NCBI GenBank assembly: GCA_964016885.1
Contig: OZ024744.1
Span: 114,390,001-114,454,000 of the forward strand
DNA length: 64,000 bases
Source: Eledone cirrhosa
Lineage: Eukaryota
Reading direction: 5' to 3'
Part shown: positions 15,001 through 26,774 of the stretch, piece by piece
Layout: every line of letters starts with the position of its first letter
How positions within the stretch are numbered: the stretch's first letter is position 1
Translations under genes and position numbers: made by a program
The notes under the pieces: generated by a model
Told to the model about the DNA's origin: nothing
What the model saw: only the letters and a program-made list of their open reading frames with translations
Databases searched by the model: none

Positions 15001-18000
15001 TTACTTCACAACATAGGTGTAGGTATGGCTGTGTTGTTAAGGTGTCACTTCACAACATAGGTGTAGGTATGGCTGTGTTGTTAAAGTGTTCACTTCACAA
15101 CATAGGGGTATGGCTGTGTTGTTGAGGTGTTCACTTCACAACATAGGTATAGGTATGGCTGTGTTGTTAAGGTGTTCACTTCACAACATAGGTGTAGGTA
15201 TGGCTGTGTTGTTAAGGGGTTTACTTCACAACATAGGTGTAGGTATGGCTGTGTTGTTAAGGTGTTCACTTCACAACATAGGTGTAGACATGGCTGTGTT
15301 GTTGAGGTGGTCACTTCACAATATAGGTGTAGGTATGGCTGTGTTGTTAAGGTGTTCACTTCACAACATAGGTGTAGACATGGCTGTGTTGTTGAGGTGT
15401 TCACTTCACAACATAGGTGTAGGTATGGCTGTGTTGTTAAGGTGTTCACTTCACAACATAGGTGTAGACATGGCTGTGTTGTTAAGGTGTCACTTCACAA
15501 CATAGGTGTAGGTATGGCTGTGTTAAGGTGTTCACTTCACAACATAGGTGTAGGTATGGCTGTGTTGTTAAGGTGTTCACTTCACAACATAGGTGTAGGT
15601 ATGTCTGTGTTGTTAAGGTGTTCACTTCACAACATAGGTGTAGGTATGGCTATGTTAAGGTGTTTACTTCACAACATAGGTGTAGACATGGCTGTGTTGT
15701 TAAGGTGTTCACTTCACGACATAGGTGTAGACATAGCTATGTCGTTAAGGTGTTACTTCACAACATAGGTGTAGACATGTCTGTCTTAAGGTCTTCACTT
15801 CACAACATAGGTGTAGGTATGTCTGTGTTGTTAAGGTGTTCACTTCACAACATAGGTGTAGGTATGTCTGTGTTGTTAAGGTGTTCACTTCACAACATAG
15901 GTGTAGGTATGGCTGTGTTGTTAATGTGTTCACTTCACAACATAGGTGTAGACATAGCTGTGTTGTAAAGGTGTTCACTTCTCAACATAGGTGTAGGTAT
16001 GGCTGTGTTTTTAAGGTGTTCACTTCACAACATAGGTGTAGACATGGCTGTGTTGTAAATGTGTTCACTTCACAACATAGGTGTAGACATGGCTGTGTTG
16101 TTAAGGTGTTTACTTCACAACATAGGCGTAGACATGTCTGTGTTGTAAAGGTGTTCACTTCACAACATAGGTGTAGGTATGGCTGTGTTGTTAAGGGGTT
16201 CACTTCACAACATAGGTGTAGGTATGGCTGTGTTGTTAAGGTGTTCACTTCACAACATAGGTGTAGGTATGGCTGTGTTGTTAAAGTGTTCACTTAACAA
16301 CATAGGTGTAGGTATGGCTGTGTTGTTAAGGTGTTCACTTCACAACATAGGTGTAGGTATGGCTGTGTTGTTAAGTGTACACTTCACAACATAGGTGTAG
16401 ACATGGCTGTATTGTTAAGGTGTTTACTTCACAACATAGGTGTAGGTATGGCTGTGTTGTTAAGGAGTTCACTTCACAACATAGGTGTAGGTATGGCTGT
16501 GTTGTTAAGGTGTTCACTTCACAACATAGGTGTAGGTATGGCTGTGTTGTAAAGGTGTTCACTTCACAACATAGGTGTAGGTATAGCTGTGTTGTTAAGT
16601 GTACACTTCACAACATAGGTGTAGCTATGGCTGTGTTGTTAAGGTGTTCACTTCACAACATAGGTGTAGACATGGCTGTGTTGTTAAGGTGTTTACTTCA
16701 TAACATAGGTGTAGGTATGGCTGTGTTGTTAAGGTGTCACTTCACAACATAGGTGTAGGTATGGCTGTGTTGTTAAGGTGTCACTTCACAACATAGGTGT
16801 AGGTATGGCTGTGTTGTTAAAGTGTTCACTTCACAACATAGGGGTATGGCTGTGTTGTTAAGGTGTTCACTTCACAACATAGGTGTAGACATGGCTGTGT
16901 TGTAAATGTGTTCACTTCACAACATAGGTGTAGACATGGCTGTGTTGTTAAGGTGTTTACTTCACAACATAGGCGTAGACATGTCTGTGTTGTAAAGGTG
17001 TTCACTTCACAACATAGGCGTAGGTATGGCTGTGTTGTTAAGGGGTTCACTTCACAACATAGGTGTAGGTATGGCTGTGTTGTTAAGGTGTTCACTTCAC
17101 AACATAGGTGTAGGTATGGCTGTGTTGTTAAAGTGTTCACTTAACAACATAGGTGTAGGTATGGCTGTGTTGTTAAGGTGTTCACTTCACAACATAGGTG
17201 TAGGTATGGCTGTGTTGTTAAGTGTACACTTCACAACATAGGTGTAGACATGGCTGTATTGTTAAGGTGTTTACTTCACAACATAGGTGTAGGTATGGCT
17301 GTGTTGTTAAGGAGTTCACTTCACAACATAGGTGTAGGTATGGCTGTGTTGTTAAGGTGTTCACTTCACAACATAGGTGTAGGTATAGCTGTGTTGTTAA
17401 GTGTACACTTCACAACATAGGTGTAGCTATGGCTGTGTTGTTAAGGTGTTCACTTCACAACATAAGGGTAGGTATGGCTGTGTTGTTGAGGTGTTCACTT
17501 CACAACATAGGTGTAGGTATGGTTGTGTTGTTAAGGTGTTCACTTCACAACATAGGTGTAGGTATGGCTGTGTTGTTAAGGTGTTCACTTCACAACATAG
17601 GTGTAGGTATGGCTGTGTTGTTAAGGTGTCAATTCCCAACATAGGTGTAGGTATGGCTGTGTTGTTAAGGTGTTCACTTCTCATCATAGGTGTAGGTATG
17701 GCTGTGTTGTTGAGGTGTTCACTTCACAACATAGGTGTTGGTATGGCTGTGTTGTTAAGGTGTCACTTCTCAACATAGGTGTAGGTATGGCTGTGTTGTT
17801 GAGGTGTTCACTTCACAACATAGGTGTAGGTATGGCTGTGTTGTTAAGGTGTCACTTCACAACATAGGTGTAGGTATGGCTGTGTTGTTGAGGTGTTCAC
17901 TTCACAACATAGGTGTAGGTATGGCTGTGTTGTTAAGGTGTTCACTTCACAACATAGGTGTAGGTATGGCTGTGTTGTTAAGCTGTTCACTTCACAACAT

Positions 18001-18950
18001 AGGTGTAGACATGGCTGTGTTGTTGAGGTGTTCACTTCACAACATATGTGTAGGTATGGCTGTGTTGTTAAGGTGTTACTTCACAACATAGGTGTAGGTA
18101 TGGCTGTGTTGTTAAGGTGTCACTTCACAACATAGGTGTAGGTATGGCTGTGTTGTTAAAGTGTTCACTTCACAACATAGGGGTATGGCTGTGTTGTTAA
18201 GGTGTTCACTTCACAACATAGGTGTAGGTATGGCTGTGTTGTTAAGGTGTTCACTTCACAACATAGGTGTAGGTATGGCTGTGTTGTTAAGGTGTTTACT
18301 TCACAATATAGGTGTAGGTATGGCTGTGTTGTTGAGGTGTTCACTTCACAACATAGGTGTAGGTATGGCTGTGTTGTTAAGGTGTTCACTTCACAACATA
18401 GGTGTAGGCATGGCTGTGTTGTTGAGGTGTTCACTTCACAACATAGGTATAGGTATGGCTGTGTTGTTAAGGTGTTCACTTCACAACATAGGTGTAGGTA
18501 TGGCTGTGTTGTTAAGGGGTTTACTTCACAACATAGGTGTAGGTATGGCTGTGTTGTTAAGGTGTTCACTTCACAACATAGGTGTAGACATGGCTGTGTT
18601 GTTGAGGTGGTCACTTCACAATATAGGTGTAGGTATGGCTGTGTTGTTAAGGTGTTCACTTCACAACATAGGTGTAGACATGGCTGTGTTGTTGAGGTGT
18701 TCACTTCACAACATAGGTGTAGGTATGGCTGTGTTGTTAAGGTGTTCACTTCACAACATAGGTGTAGGTATGGCTGTGTTGTTAAGGTGTTCACTTCACA
18801 ACATAGGGGTAGGTATGGCTGTGTTGTTAAGGTGTTCACTTCACAACATAGGTGTAGGTATGGCTGTGTTGTTAAGGTGTTCACTTCACAACATAGGGGT
18901 AGGTATAGCTGTGTTGTTAATGTGTTCACTTCACAACATAGATGTAGGTA
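1..18950. repeat. 45-bp tandem satellite (consensus TTAAGGTGTTCACTTCACAACATAGGTGTAGGTATGGCTGTGTTG) with 44/42/41-bp variants and higher-order periods
   Basis: Monomer repeated continuously from base 1 to ~18950. Rare variant GGTGAAACTATGG recurs at ~2958, 5259, 7560, 11591. Identical ORF-track blocks recur at +2301 and +3384. Confidence 0.98.
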
Positions 18951-19216
18951 TTGCTATTCAGAACATTATAGAAGATAAATCCAGTTCCCCATGTTTGTAT
19001 GCATGGTTTGGACCAGAGATGTGTTGGAGGAAGGTGTTGTGCATGATTGTGATTGGAGAGGTATGTCTAATATGTGATACCTAGCTTCATGTGGAAAGGG
19101 AGGGAGAATGGGGAAGCTTTGGTGTATATTAGTGTTTTTTATATGTTACATATATATTTGTTTTCAGAAGATCCCATCGTAGTGTGGAACCAGAAATTGT
19201 TTGCTTAAATGTTCAA

Positions 19217-19900
19217 TCTAAACTATAATAAAGAAAGGAGTGCGGGACTGCGTCCAGAATATATATTTTATCCCGTTTGTAAAATAAGTTGGATTACTTT
19301 GAATAAATAATTGTTTCTACTTTTGGCAAAAGGCCAGAAATTATTCAGTGCATTACTGGTACTTTATTTTATCGACCCCGTAAGGATTGAAGGCAAAGTC
19401 AACCTCGGCAGGATTTGAACTAAGATCGTAAAGGGACGTAACTATGCTGGAAAGCATGGCGTCCGACCCTCTAGCGATACTGCCAATCCACATACTTTGA
19501 ATAAATAATGAATGAATATTACATAATTTATCTACTAAATTTCGTTATATTTGATTAAATATAAATAATTTTGTCGCTTATTTCAAGATTCACTTCTTTA
19601 AAATTTTCAAATGTCAACACTTCCAGTGGCGATCACTTAAATAAACATTCATATATTTCCGTCACTAATTTTCTCCTAATGCAGTTTATACATAATATCG
19701 TATTTTTTTAATGTATCATCGATTACGTTACTGATTACATAAGACAGTGTAACACAGTCCTCATTCAATTTCTGTGTATATTGTCAATTACAATTTTATT
19801 TGATGTATCATATCTAAATGTATATATACTTGCGTATAATATCAATATACACACTACACATGCTAGCAGAAAACCACTGTAAGAGTGGTTTTTCTGCTAG
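19217..19900 (+). mobile_element. Non-autonomous Helitron-like element, interrupted by a SINE
   Basis: Starts A|TCTAAACTATAATAAAG and ends ...TTTTCTGCTAG. A second copy lies inverted at 41978-42436. Confidence 0.65.
19311..19492 (-). mobile_element. Full-length tRNA-derived SINE with 17-bp TSD
   Basis: Minus strand has A-box-like TGGCAGTATCG, B-box GTTCAAATCC and core GGGGTCGATAAAATAAAGTACCAG. TSD TACTTTGAATAAATAAT at 19295-19311 and 19493-19509. Confidence 0.9.
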
Positions 19901-19915
19901 CATGTATAATGATAT

Positions 19916-22900
19916 GTTTCTTTATTAGCCACAGGGCACAAAAGAAGGGTACAAATACAAAGGGGGAAGTTTACATACAATAAAAACGTGTAAAATATTA
20001 TCACAAATGCAATTGAAAAGTTAATCGATTTTCCCCAATAGGGGGAGACATTTCATATGGGTAACACATACCCCCGAAAAAATGTGCAACCCTCATCTCC
20101 AGGAGTACGAAGAGTTTGTACCCCTTTCCTCTCTTCCTCCTTTTCCTCAACCTACAGGCTGATATAGAGAGAAGGCCCATTCACTCGGGCCATTCTCGCC
20201 ACTTTCACCCACCTTTCATAAAACTTGCTGAGCTACAGCACCTCTCTCTCCATCCTGATTCTTCTTCCAAAGTGGTATTTGAAAAAAAGAATCAGCTGTT
20301 GGCCGGAGAGAAAGGTGTCTGACCTCAGCCCTTTTAACCTCATCCACCATACAACCTCTTTTGCTATAGCTATCACACAAAGGAAAACCGCCTCTCCTTC
20401 GTTTTTGAAGGAGGGTGGCGGTTTGATCATGACATTGGGCTTGGTGGTCAACCGGATTGGTCCCACTCGCGACAATAGTCGTTCTACATAGCCCCCACAG
20501 GTCGGTAACGCCCGGGCAGTGTACGAATGCGTGCGCGACGATTTCTACGTCTCGCACGTATCTCGGATAGATCTTCTTCGAAGGGTCCCTGCCCGGGCGC
20601 CCATATCTGTAGAGCTTGTCTCGAACTGGTAGAGCTCCTCGGTAGCACTGCCAGGCCAGGGACTTTTGGAAGTTGTCCATCGGGCGCGGGCGGAAGGTCC
20701 TACTGAACAGACTGGCCTGTTCGTCTTCCTCTACGTCTAGAGCTTCTCCGAGCGCGTCGTCGCACTTGCTGCGGATCAACCCTCTATAGAATGACAAAGT
20801 GGAGTCTCCACTGATCGCCGGGTCCGCCTGCCAGAGGGCTGTGAGCGCCTGAGCACATTCGATGTGCCAGTCGCCCATTTTCCTCGGTCTTTGCTTGACA
20901 CAGGACAGCAGCTCAGTCAGCGAGACGAGTCGTGGGAAGGCTCGCCTCACGAACGGGGCCCACACCGGTTGTCCGGTGAGGAATACGTAGAGATGCCGCA
21001 GCCTGAGCTGTGTTTGTGCATCATCAGCCATGGTATCCCCAGGCCTCCGTTGGAAGGGTGTTGGCAGCAGATGGATCTTCTCACCAAAGGAGCCCGCTTC
21101 TTCCAAAGGAATTGGAAGAGCGCGCGCTCCATTTTGGTGAGCCTTTTGGCTGGACAAGGCACGACGGTCAAGCGGTAGTAGATGACGGACGCTATATAAA
21201 GTGTTCGCCACCTCCGCTCGACCTTTCAAGGATAGTTTGCACTCGGCCCACTTCTGGGTGAGTGCAAACACCTTGGCCGTCACCTCGTTCCAGTTCTTCT
21301 CCACCTGGAGGTCCGGACCAAACCAGACCCCAAGCAGCTTTACCGGTCCTTCTGTCCAGCGTCCGACGACGCCATCAGAAGGCATCGGTTTGCCTCTCCA
21401 CGATCCGAGTTCCAAACCGACGGATTTGTCCGGGTTCAGCTTCGCTCCTGTGAACCTTGCGTATTCCTTCAGTAAGGTGCCAACTTCCTCGATTTGCGAG
21501 GCGCTCGACACCATTACTGTCAGGTCGTCGGCGTAGGCCGACGCCGCTTTTCACAGTCCCGGTTCCAGAGGGATGCTCTGCAATAGCTCCAACTTCCGCA
21601 GTAATGGCTCGAGAGTCAGTACGTACAGAAGGGAGGAGAGAGGGCATCCCTGTCAAATGGATCGCGTGATATGAAACGCCTCTGAGAGGTAGCCGTTCAC
21701 CTTGACCCTTGAGCAGATGTTGCTGTTGTGCATTGCAGCAATCCAGCCCTGAACACGGGTCCGAAGCCTGCCGCCTCGAACACCGCATCCAGGTAACGAT
21801 AGTCAACCCTATCGAAAGCCTTAGACTAGCCAAGTTGATAAGGGCCCCACCGAAGCCGGGTTTACACCCTACCCTCTCTATGATGTATCGCATGAGGTGG
21901 AGGTTGTCATGTATGGACCTGGTCGGGATTGCGCACATCTGCGCTTCTCCCACCAGGTTTTTGACGACAAGCGCCAGCCTCTTTGCCAACACCTTGGCCA
22001 AAATCTGTAACTCTGCGTTTAGCAGAGTTATGGGCCGGAAGTTGCCTATGTCAGCCCCCTTATTCTCGTCCTTCCTAACTAGTGTGACTATGCCCCTGGT
22101 CACAGAACTGGGAATTCTCCCGTTCTGCTGCCAGTTGCAGTAGACCGTTTCCAGGTCACCGGAGAACAAGTCCGGCATTGCTACGTAAAATTCATAGGGT
22201 AGACCGTCGAGACCTGGAGATTTGCGTTTGCCACATTGGCTCAGCACGTCCCCTATCTCAGTGGCTGAGCAAAGTGCTGCTGAAAGGCCACGCACATCTG
22301 CTTCGGCTCACGTATCACGCGTCTGTCTTGGTCCTTCAAAGACCGAATCGTAGACTTGTTGCCACTTTTTGCCTCTGTCACCCGGGCCCAGCTAATAGCT
22401 TTGGCTCCCTCATTACCCAGAGCACGTATTTTTCTTCTGACAACGCAACCCTCGTGCTTTGTGTCGAAGAACTGGTCCAAGGCCGTTCTCGTTGTTAGCA
22501 TGCTGGCTACGTTGCCACTTCTAATTGACTCTTCTACTTTATCTATCAGTTCCTTCTCGGTCCTATTTCTATTTAACTCTAATTTTTTATTAAAAACTAA
22601 TGATTATAATCTAACTTCCCTCTTGAGAGAGTACCACCATCTGTTGTTGACAATGGCCCCTGTCAAGTGCTGTTTAACTAAAGTGCTAATCCGTCTACTG
22701 TAGGCTTTGCATGTCGGTAACGACAAGTTCAGCTCCCAGTAGCCAGATCCTTGTCTATGGGTTCTATCAAGGTTGACCATGCAGGTCACTAGTTTGTGAT
22801 CTGAATAGGAAAACATGAACATTTGTGGACAGCTTAACATGTCCCTATCTTTATTTCTAACTAGAACCCTATCTAGGTACGATCTAGATGTTCCGCTAAT

Positions 22901-24325
22901 ATTAGTCCACGTCCACAGTGGCACAGTCAGAAAATCTAGTCGATATCTATCGGCCAGGTCAAATCGGCCGATTAACTGTTTGAGGCTGTTACACCCTCCC
23001 CCCTTTATCGGGACATGCTCCCACATAGTCCCAACGTGCATCTAGAATTCCATTCCAGTCCCCCACTAAAAGCAAGGAGCGGGACGTTCCCAGAAAAGTC
23101 TCTAGACGTTTGAAGAAGTCTGGCCACGGTGTCCCGGATGGGGCATATGCGGCCACCAGCCTGAAGGCTCTACCTTCACTACCGTCAACGTCTAGGACCA
23201 CCAGTTGACCCTCCGGGTCCAGATGTATTGTCAGTGTTACGAGGTCCAGGTGTTTCCGCAGCAAAACGGCAACTCCGCCCCCACCCCCCGGCTGACAGAG
23301 AGATGCGTAGATCTCAAAGTCGTCGAAGATGGGGGCCAGCTGTCGCTCGCTGTGGATCCTGGACTCGCAAATGGCTACTACATCCATATTGTGTGACCTG
23401 AGGACGATTAAGAGTTTGCCCTGTTTCCAGGGCATCCCCAGGCCGCATACATTCACACATCCAACTCTTATATTGGCCATGTTGGTGCTGAAAAGTTAAA
23501 AGAAGAGGAAAATAAATCACTCACCTCTTCATGTCCTGGGGACCAGGCTGCACAATGTCCATGGGGGTGTTGGAGGGGTTGTTTGGTAGGGTGGTGGTTC
23601 CTGACGGGGTGCGGACGAAGATGTTTGGTGGGGAGTGGGGGTCTTGATTGGGGGTGAGGAAGCGTTTCAAGAGGACGCGGTTCGTTGGTTTAACACACAT
23701 ATTCCCCGCGTCCTCAGCAAAGTTTTCCTTTAAGGACTTATAGGTGTCCGTAGGGACCCTAATCATCCTTAAATTAGGTTTGTCTTTACATTTGGTAAAA
23801 TATTTTCCTTCGGTTTCCACGGAAGGGTTTTTGGAGATGAACTCCAACAAGGTTTTATTGTCAGTGTTTATGTATGTATGATATTTTTGTTGTGTTGTGT
23901 TAGTTTTTGTCTGTTGTTCTTGTGTGTATTTTCGTTTTGTTGTGGGTATTTGTGTTTGGAGTGTTGTCTTTGGTTTGTTTTCGGGAGGGGGGGATTTTTG
24001 TTTGTAATGTTTGTGTTGTTTGTGTTGGTGGTTGTGTGTTTGTTGCCTTTTTTGTTCGTGTTATGTTTTTTTTCTTTTTTCTTTTGGAGCGGAGGGGTTC
24101 TCCCTCATCATCACTGAATGATGACGAGGGGGCTTCATCCGTTGTGGTGTCTGTTTGATTGGGGAGGGTTACGTTTTGGGGAACTGTTGTGCTTCTGGGT
24201 GTTTTTGGAGTTGTTTTAGGTGGGGATGGGTTGGGTGGGACTGTGTTTGCAGTTTGGTTTGTTTTTGTTATTTTTGTGTGTTGTTGTTGTGGTGGTGGTG
24301 GTGGTGGTGGTTGTGTTGTTGTGTT
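19916..24325 (-). mobile_element. Degraded L1/Tx1-clade LINE (3' part of ORF1 plus frameshifted ORF2: APE endonuclease, RT, C-terminal Zn knuckle)
   Basis: APE motifs (NVCGL, LLVGDWN, SYLDRVL, SDHKLV) at 23480-22604. RT motifs KSPGLDGLPYEFY and NFRPITLLN; SAYADDL near 21530. AWQCYRGALPVRDKL...HAFVHC near 20600. 3' end AATAAAGAAA. Confidence 0.92.
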
Positions 24326-24327
24326 AG

Positions 24328-24876
24328 GTGTCTGTAGTAGTATCTAGAATAAGGACAGGCTGGAAGAAGCTTAGGGAGCTGTTTCCTCTGTTGACAAAGA
24401 AGGGTTTCTCCCTGCATACGAAAGGCCAGTTATATGATGCCTGTATGAGGTGCGTGATGCTGCATGGTAGTGAGGCAAGGGCAGCAACTTCAGAGGATAT
24501 GCGACGGCTGGAGAGAAATGAGGTAAGCATGCTCTGTGGGATGTGCAATGTCAATGTGCGTGAACGACCAAGCATAGATGAGTTGAGAGAGAAACTGTGT
24601 CTGAGAGGGACAGAATGTAGTGTGCGAGAGAGGAGACTGTGATGGTATGGACATGTGATGCGCATGGAGGATGAAGGATGGGTGAAGAAGTGCCAAGAAA
24701 TGCCAGTAGAAGGAAGACGTAGTAGAGGAAGACCACAAAAAACATGGCCGGAGGTGGTGAGAGCAGACATCAGATTGCTGAAGCTCACGATGGAGATGAC
24801 GAAGGACTATGACGAATGGAGAGGTGCTGAGCTGAATAGGGAAAAACGGACGTAAAATGATGATGATGATGATGAT
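24328..24876 (+). mobile_element. RTE-clade LINE 3' fragment with (GAT)n tail
   Basis: RIRTGWKKLRELFPLL..LYDACMRCVMLHGSE..RGRPQKTW, followed by a gatgatgat tail. Confidence 0.88.
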
Positions 24877-25181
24877 GGTATATATGATTCTCAGCACCCA
24901 CACCCCTCCTGTATTAATAGAAGGGTGATTCCCACACAAAAAAAAAAGAATGGGTTATTTTCATCTTATCCCCCAACCTAATGAATCTACCCAGCCATCC
25001 CCTATGGACCTCACAGTGAGATACTTGTTGTCATTGTGCTTCTTTTGAATGCCAACTCCATGATCTATTCACTGTTCTCACTCTCGCTTTCTCTCCCTCT
25101 CACCAACATCATAACTCTCACTAATAACTCCGCTCACACTGCCATTTATACCTAACTTTCTATACTGACTTTCTCTGCTCA

Positions 25182-25682
25182 TTGATCACCCAAGTGGGGG
25201 GTACAATAGATCACCCCAGGGGGGGGGGGGCAATAGATCTCCCCAGAGGTGGTACAATAGATCATCCCAGGGGTACAATAGATCACCCCCAGGGGGGGGG
25301 GACAACAGATCACCCCAGTGGGGTAAAATAGATCACCCCAGGGGTGGTAAAATAGATCACCCCAGTGGTGATACAATAGATCACCGGGGGGGGGGGGGAC
25401 AATAGATCACTAAGGGAGGGGGGGGCAATAGATCACTCCAGTGGTGGTAAAATAGATCACCCCAGTGGTGGTAAAATAGATCACCCCAGTGGTGGTAAAA
25501 TAGATCACCCCAGTGGTGATACAATAGATCACCAGGGGGGGGACAATAGATCACTAAGGGAGGGGGGGGGGCAATAGATCACTCCAGTGGTGGTAAAATA
25601 GATCATCCCAGTGGTGGTAAAATAGATCACCCCAGTGGTGGTAAAATAGATCACCCCAGTGGTGATACAATAGATCACCCAA
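25182..25682. repeat. ~24-bp minisatellite AATAGATCACCCCAGTGGTGGTAA with poly-G variants
   Basis: About 20 copies of the AATAGATCAC core; a ~147-bp block is duplicated internally. Confidence 0.9.
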
Positions 25683-26049
25683 GACAAAAATACCCAGTCC
25701 ACTCTGTAAAGTGGCCATACTTATGCTACAACAACAAAGCCATTCCACCCTGTAAGATGGCCATGCAGTAATATGGTTGTCGTGAAGAAGAACATTCAGC
25801 CATAGAAATATGAAGAAGATGTAATCACCTGACTAGCCAGTGTGTGTGAAAACCTGGGTAACCCATGGGAGAACATCAAATGGTAAGAGTTGGCCACGTC
25901 TACATGGACCAAGTCAGTACTGAAGTGGAGTTACTGAACTCCCAGACAGGCTGACAAGTCTATATCCTGCTTACATACAGTCGTATCGAGTACAGAGAAG
26001 ATGTTGTAGTGTCTTTTGAGACAATCTGAAAAGTTCCCCAACCCTTTGT

Positions 26050-26112
26050 TAGGTAAGTTTTTCTATGGCTGGATGCTCTTCCTAATACCAACCACTTTAC
26101 AGAGTGTACTGT
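26050..26112 (-). mobile_element. Fragment of RTE-associated SINE-like repeat
   Basis: Reverse complement of the GTGGTTGGTGTTAGGAAGGGCATCCAGCTGTAGAAAA motif seen at ~35190, 38880 and 40220. Confidence 0.7.
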
Positions 26113-26340
26113 GAACTGGGTGTGTTTATCATGTAGATCACCAACACTATGGAAGTTGTCACAACTGAAGGGTTCTCCCAACCCTGGGTGCATTTGTCGA
26201 GTAGATCACCAACACTCGAGAGGTTGTTGCGTCTTTAACACAACTAAAGGGTCCTCTCAACCCTTTTAGGTATATAGTAAAAAAAAAAAATGATGTTAGT
26301 AGGAGAGAGTTTGAAATAACTGTAAATTGTTTAAGCTTAC

Positions 26341-26490
26341 TTCGAGATTCTCGTTTGATTTTCTTCAAATGTCGCTGAATAAGAGTATCAGAGAGAAGAC
26401 TTGAGTTGAAGGTTATGTCTTCTGTTACTGAAATATTGAAATTTTCAAAGTTTTCTGCAACACTTCTCATCAGACTGTTGTAAATATTTC
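26341..26490 (-). CDS. Exon (phase 1/1) of an ANF-receptor-domain protein (receptor guanylyl cyclase / natriuretic-peptide-receptor-like)
   Basis: Acceptor gttttatag|GA, donor CGAA|gtaagc, 150 bp. Encodes GNIYNSLMRSVAENFENFNISVTEDITFNSSLLSDTLIQRHLKKIKRESR, matching the 'L..IK..AR(I)' segment of the PBP1 domain. Confidence 0.8.
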
Positions 26491-26555
26491 CTATAAAACA
26501 ATGAAGGTTGGAAGTGATAAATAGATATTTTGATTGATTGACAGATGTACAGATA

Positions 26556-26689
26556 TATTTCTTTATTAGCCACAGGGGCACAACAGAAGGGGACAAATAC
26601 AAAGGGGGAAGTTTACATACAATAAAAACGTGTAAAATGTTATCACAAATGGAATTTAAAAAGTTAGTCGATTTTCCCCAATAGAGGGA
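26556..26689 (-). mobile_element. Heavily 5'-truncated copy of the Tx1 element 3' UTR with 16-bp TSD
   Basis: Matches 19916-20050. TSD GACAGATGTACAGATA at 26540-26555 and 26690-26705. Confidence 0.88.
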
Positions 26690-26774
26690 GACAGATGTAC
26701 AGATAGCTAGATAAACAGACAGCTAAACATACATACATACAAACATATATACATTTATACATATATACATATAT

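Noticed and set aside
1-18950. Cys/His-rich repeat ORFs (KVFTSQHRCRYGCVV; NTLTTQPYLHLCCEV) as zinc-finger or metal-binding proteins
   Set aside because: They are a consequence of a 45-bp (3n) unit. Frequent 44- and 41-bp monomers break the frames, several frames are open at once, and there is no C2H2 spacing.
1-18950. CRISPR array (palindromic GTTGT...CACAAC repeat resembles some bacterial direct repeats)
   Set aside because: No unique spacers (the linker only toggles between a few alleles such as GGT/GAC), no cas genes, and a eukaryotic context.
25830-26030. Possible next exon of the receptor gene after a ttttcag acceptor
   Set aside because: The phase-1 translation lacks the expected hydrophobic strand after 'RESR' and shows no resemblance to the domain.
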